Shown here: positions 47,318 to 64,000 of the stretch, piece after piece | Numbering within the stretch: the first letter of the stretch is position 1 | Layout of the letters: each line of letters starts with the position of its first letter | Source of the DNA: Antedon mediterranea | Taxonomy: Eukaryota; Animalia; Echinodermata | Direction: 5' to 3' | Length of the DNA: 64,000 nucleotides | NCBI RefSeq assembly: GCF_964355755.1 | Contig: NC_092670.1 | Span: 31,856,388 to 31,920,387, forward strand | Made by a program: the position numbers and the translations under genes | Notes under the pieces: generated by a model | The model's database searches: none | What the model was told of the DNA's origin: nothing | Seen by the model: the letters and a program-made list of their open reading frames with translations, nothing else

Positions 47318-48339
47318 CATAGAAATGTGCATATTCTGAACAATTTAAGACCAAAATCAGACCTCTATGATCAGTCTTTGTCAAGTACCGTCTATATTTA
47401 TGATTTTGATAAATCCAAGATGGCCACCAAAATGGCCCCCAAAAAACCCCATGGGACAATATTTCGTCTTGGGAACATCAAAAAATGTTAATTACATATA
47501 TTCAGGATTACAAAAATGTACATTAAAAAAATACATCATGGGGGTGCACGGTAACCCCTCCTCCCTACCTTACTATAACACCTAGGTTACTATTAGAGTA
47601 GTGAGTTATTATTATAGATTGACTCATAAAAGGTGGGTTACTGTTAGAAGGGGTGGGGGGTTACTATTAGAGTGTGGGTTACTATTAGAAGATTTACGGC
47701 GGTAATACTATTGAGCATAACAGTCAAAAGGGATATAATCGTTATATTTTACAATATCTGTATATATTTTACTTTAACCGTGTAGGTCTAGTCTTTAAGC
47801 GACAGATATCAAAGTGTTAGATATTGTAAGTTAAATATTTGTGACATAGGCCTATAGGCCTAGTTTACATTAGGCCTATGCTCCAAATGAATTCTATTAT
47901 TTTATTATTTATCACTTTTATTGATGATGTTCTTGCTTTTTGTTGTTGTTATACTATGAGTAATCTTGCACTGTATCTGATCATTTGTCATTTGTCAGAG
48001 CATTGGTGATATTGAAGCTAATTTATTTGTGAAACCTATGTTCCATTATTGTAAAAAGGCTCTTCCTCTGAGAGGAGGTTCATATCTTCGTACCGTGTGT
48101 AGGTCTAAATGTCATAACAAATTATTTCTTCAGGTTGTTTGTCTTTTGTATTTTTCCTCGCAGTTGAATGACAGTTTATTGAAAGACCACTTCTTGGGCC
48201 GGTCTTTAATTAGAGTGATCCAAGGCTACTATAAAAGTGAAGTAGACCCCTGAATCCGGAAACCTTTCAAATTTACTGTGCGAGTGGAGAGATCCAACTT
48301 AATTAGCGCCCTCTATAATTGTTTATCTATTGCGCGCGG

Positions 48340-48520
48340 CGGCGGCGGGAACGTCCAAAAAATTAAGAATTGTTGAGGCTAGGCCTAAAGAGGCTATAAA
48401 AAGAAGCTTTAATAACTACCGAAATTAACTTTTGTGATTAGCTATTGCAGCAAAATTAGCATGCGTAATGTTTTTTAAATTTATAAATACTTGTATATAG
48501 TTAAACATTTATTTTTAAAG
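48340..48520 (+). promoter_or_regulatory. Probable BRCA1 5' non-coding exon and promoter
   Basis: GC-rich patch (agcgccctcta, gcgcgcggcggcggcggg) followed by a strong donor AAG|GTAAGT at 48520/48521, upstream of the acceptor at 49193. The start coordinate is a guess. Confidence 0.55.
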
Positions 48521-49215
48521 GTAAGTTTTTTTAAATAGATTTCTAGGCCCCAGCCAGCCAGACCTAACTGCTTTGCTGCTGCTGTAGCAAAGATTGTGTG
48601 TAGAGAGGACAGCGTAGTAGCGGCGGCATAACATTAATACAATCTTTGACTGTGTAGCAGCCGTTAGGTGGGAAGAGGAGGCTAGGTAGGTTTACAGTAG
48701 TATATGCAGCCACAGCGTTTTTGTAAAAGGGAGTTTCTTATTCTTTATTGATTGCCAATTATAAAACAACAAACTAATAACTACAAAACAAATAAAGTAA
48801 GTGGCAGGAAACACAAACAAAAGGGAACTAGGGAACTATAATATAGCATTGTAATAAATAATTCGGAAAATATCCACACAAAAAATATCAAAAAACTAGG
48901 CCTAGGCCTATTCATAAAAATACAAAAACAAGCAGAGAAATAAAAACACTTTTCTCCGAATAGAAATTCATTTTGAGGTTAAACAAAAATGTTGGGAAAT
49001 TATCCATTAAAAATGAGTCCTTGACTTTCTCTTGGCTTCGTTGTAAATCTACTTAAAAAATATCATTTTATGTCATAAAACCTTACAGCGTTGATTAGTA
49101 TGACCTGAGAATGACTGACGGTGATAAAAAACATGTTATTATTAGTCATATATTTCAATTAATTATTCATGTTTGTGTTTCTTTTTCTCCTAGATTTTTA
49201 ACTTCTACTGCAAAG

Positions 49216-61539
<12,324 letters not shown>

Positions 61540-63200
61540 AATATATACTGGTTATATATATATGGCTATCGGCACGGTCAAGTAATTATTAGTTATTTAA
61601 TTACTATTAGCATTGCCTAATTCTCTGTCCCGATAGACAATAGAGTAAATTCCCTTTGTCGAACTTTCCGATGAATACATACATTATATTTTAAATAGCA
61701 ATAGAATAAAAGATATAATAATTCTTGATAGTTGGTTATGGTCCTATTATTATACTATCAATCATTTTTAGATTTTATTCTGTATGTAGAAATACTAACA
61801 CATTTTAGAAGACCCATGTTGTATATATTAAAAACAATTTAGAATTGTATGCAATGTAAATATCTTTTTTAAATTGAAATTAAGGATACACTTATAGCAT
61901 TAAACTAAAAATAGATTTGATTTAAAATATTCACTGCATTTATTTTTTAACTTGGAATTCATTCTGAACACCTCAAACTAATATGTTCCCCTTAATGGAA
62001 TGGATCTGTCAATTTACTAAGAAAAAAACACTTTAAAATGATTTTAACATACCTATATACATGGGAATCAAATATATATTAGCAATAATATAAAACGGTT
62101 TGAGAACGTATTGGCGATGCTTAGTAAAGCGGAACAAAATAAGAGTTTTGGAATATGTTTTTTTTTCGACCTGGTATTTCACAACTTTTACTAAAATGTC
62201 ATTATATTTATAAAATATAATTTTTCCACCTTATTTCTTTTCATACAAGTCAACTTTTGTGACAATAATTCATAATACAATTTACTTTTTTAACAAGTCA
62301 AAGAGGTCTGGATTGAAATGACAATATTTCATTTATATAATTTCTTGTTTTATGCTAGTAATTATATTATATTCCTATGCAATATATAATTACGATTATA
62401 TATAAAAGGTGTATCAAACTTTGAGCAATAAACGAGGTGGTTTCTTAAAGTTAATCTGTTGTGTTGGTCATAATATTTTGAATATTATTATTATTATTAA
62501 TATACAGTAAGGGGTTGTTTGTACATTGTTAGAAGTAAATTAGATTAATATAGTCAATTGTCATCACTTTTTCACTACCCATCCCAGTCCCCCAAAACAG
62601 ATCGTCATATTTTATATTAATAATTATACTTAAAGCACCCTTTTCTCGTCTGTTTTTAACATCTCGATACGGCATTGGTCTTCAGTTAGTATCCGTATTT
62701 CGCTTCAAATTAAAATAAAATATTTTAATTACTTTGGTGACTTTTTTCATGAAATTTTGAATTGATCAGTCCACGCAGAGAATATTTTATAATACAGTAC
62801 TGTTGGTATTTGTCGCAGCCAGTCATAAGATCAATATCTTAAGACGAGGCTCAGTGTCCTGTTAGATTGCCTAGATTCAATCCATGCCTTTCATATACAC
62901 ACCGTATAAAGTGCAGCGTTATATATTATAACAACAAAAGAAATAAAGAAGACAACAAATTGCACATCAAATCAGTTTATTAGATGAATCAATTGCTGAT
63001 GTTAGATTTTTAGTCAGTCAACATTAAAAATTGCACATATTTTTAATTGCAAATATTCTATTTTATTACGATTTAAAGTTGAACTTAAGTGATTAATTTC
63101 AGTTGTGCCCACGCATCCATGATTTGACAAGAGAAGGTAATGGATATAAATAATTTACTATAGTTTTAAGGTTTGTGTATTCTCGTTTTGGATATTTGAT

Positions 63201-63386
63201 TTAGTGTCTAAATCTTAGTGGAACGAATGCCTCGAATGCGACATCATCAACATCAGCTGCGATCTTCTCAGAGCTTCGTCGTCCTCGATTGGTGCTGCTG
63301 CAAAGGTTTCTATTATCTTTTAGATCTTTACAAGCTGAGCTGGACTTGCCTGGCTTACATGCGAACATCTTGCATTTTACCATTAC
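63201..63386 (-). CDS. Probable terminal exon of a ZP-domain protein
   Basis: Acceptor ttgttaag|, then VMVKCKMFAC...SAC...LC...RGRR...AFEAFVPLRFRH*. The Cys spacing, furin-like site and hydrophobic patch resemble the end of a ZP-C domain. Upstream exons lie outside the window. Confidence 0.55.
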   Translation of the reverse strand, partial: VMVKCKMFACKPGKSSSACKDLKDNRNLCSSTNRGRRSSEKIAADVDDVAFEAFVPLRFRH

Positions 63387-63580
63387 CTTAACAAATATAC
63401 ATTATACTACTATATTAGACTTAGAAAGTACAGTATAACTAAACAACGTTCAAGAGAATTATTTAAACAAATATATAATTTTAGAAGGTACTCAAAATGC
63501 TTTAAAGGAGATATTCATTGTTAAACAAAGGTTTTACACTTTTATTCATTTGTACAATAGAACCCTCCTTTGGGAAATCA

Positions 63581-64000
63581 CAACGATGGGAGGCAATATA
63601 TTGAGGAGACATCCCTATTATGGGGACACGTTATGGGGTCCCAACGGTGAGAGGCAATATATTGAGGAGACATCCCTATTATGGGGACACGTTATGGGGT
63701 CCCAACGATGAGAGGCAATATATTGAGGAGACATCCCTATTATGGGGACACGTTATGGGGTCCCAACGGTGAGAGGCAATATATTGAGGAGACATCCCTA
63801 TTATGGGGACACGTTATGGGGTCCCAACGATGAGAGGCAATATATTGAGGAGACATCCCTATTATGGGGACACGTTATGGGGTCCCAACGATGAGAGGCA
63901 ATATATTGAGGAGACATCCCTATTATGGGGACACGTTATGGGGTCCCAACGATGAGAGGCAATATATTGAGGAGACATCCCTATTATGGGGACACGTTAT
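63581..64000. repeat. 61-bp minisatellite, about 7 copies, running off the window
   Basis: Unit caacg(a/g)tgagaggcaatatattgaggagacatccctattatggggacacgttatggggtcc, head to tail with no spacers. Confidence 0.95.

Larger units (their letters stand above)
41830..47568. mobile_element. Non-autonomous element with ~1.04-kb terminal inverted repeats
   Basis: 41830-42869 is the reverse complement of 45416-47568 once the 46361-47317 insert and one extra ~121-bp subrepeat are removed; ends gtaggaaggaggggttaccgtgcaccccc / gggggtgcacggtaacccctcctccctac. Confidence 0.85.
41507..47699. mobile_element. Tc1/mariner-pogo-type MITE (CCGTA...TACGG) split by a nested long-TIR element
   Basis: ta-CCGTAAATCTTCTAATTGTAACCC at 41507 and GGGTTACTATTAGAAGATTTACGG ending at 47699; internal GGGTTACTATTAG repeats in both halves. 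Confidence 0.7.

Noticed and set aside
63581-64000. Regular repeat array resembling CRISPR
   Set aside because: Units are head to tail with no unique spacers, there are no cas genes, and the context is eukaryotic.

Overview
AT-rich, intron-containing animal DNA; the repeat content (BEL/Pao, CR1/L2, Penelope, Academ, HINE) suggests a marine invertebrate, possibly an echinoderm (inference). The left ~41 kb is a tandem array, all on the minus strand, of a gene family I cannot name. Each member is a single-exon type I membrane protein with a signal peptide, about three divergent Ig-like Cys/Trp modules, one TM helix and a tail with several YxxI motifs that usually ends YLEIIE. There are two intact copies (563 and 576 aa), one frameshifted copy, one doubly deleted relic, and one copy split by a 14.3-kb BEL/Pao retrotransposon whose LTRs carry three nested insertions. 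A 6.2-kb nested inverted-repeat transposon complex, containing a Penelope-type hammerhead ribozyme, separates the array from a divergently oriented BRCA1 ortholog (15 coding exons, 2052 aa by my exon join). The window ends with the probable last exon of a ZP-domain gene and a 61-bp minisatellite. The best candidate for an undescribed system is the rapidly turning-over, intronless Ig-like tyrosine-motif receptor cluster. All alignments and counts were made by eye.
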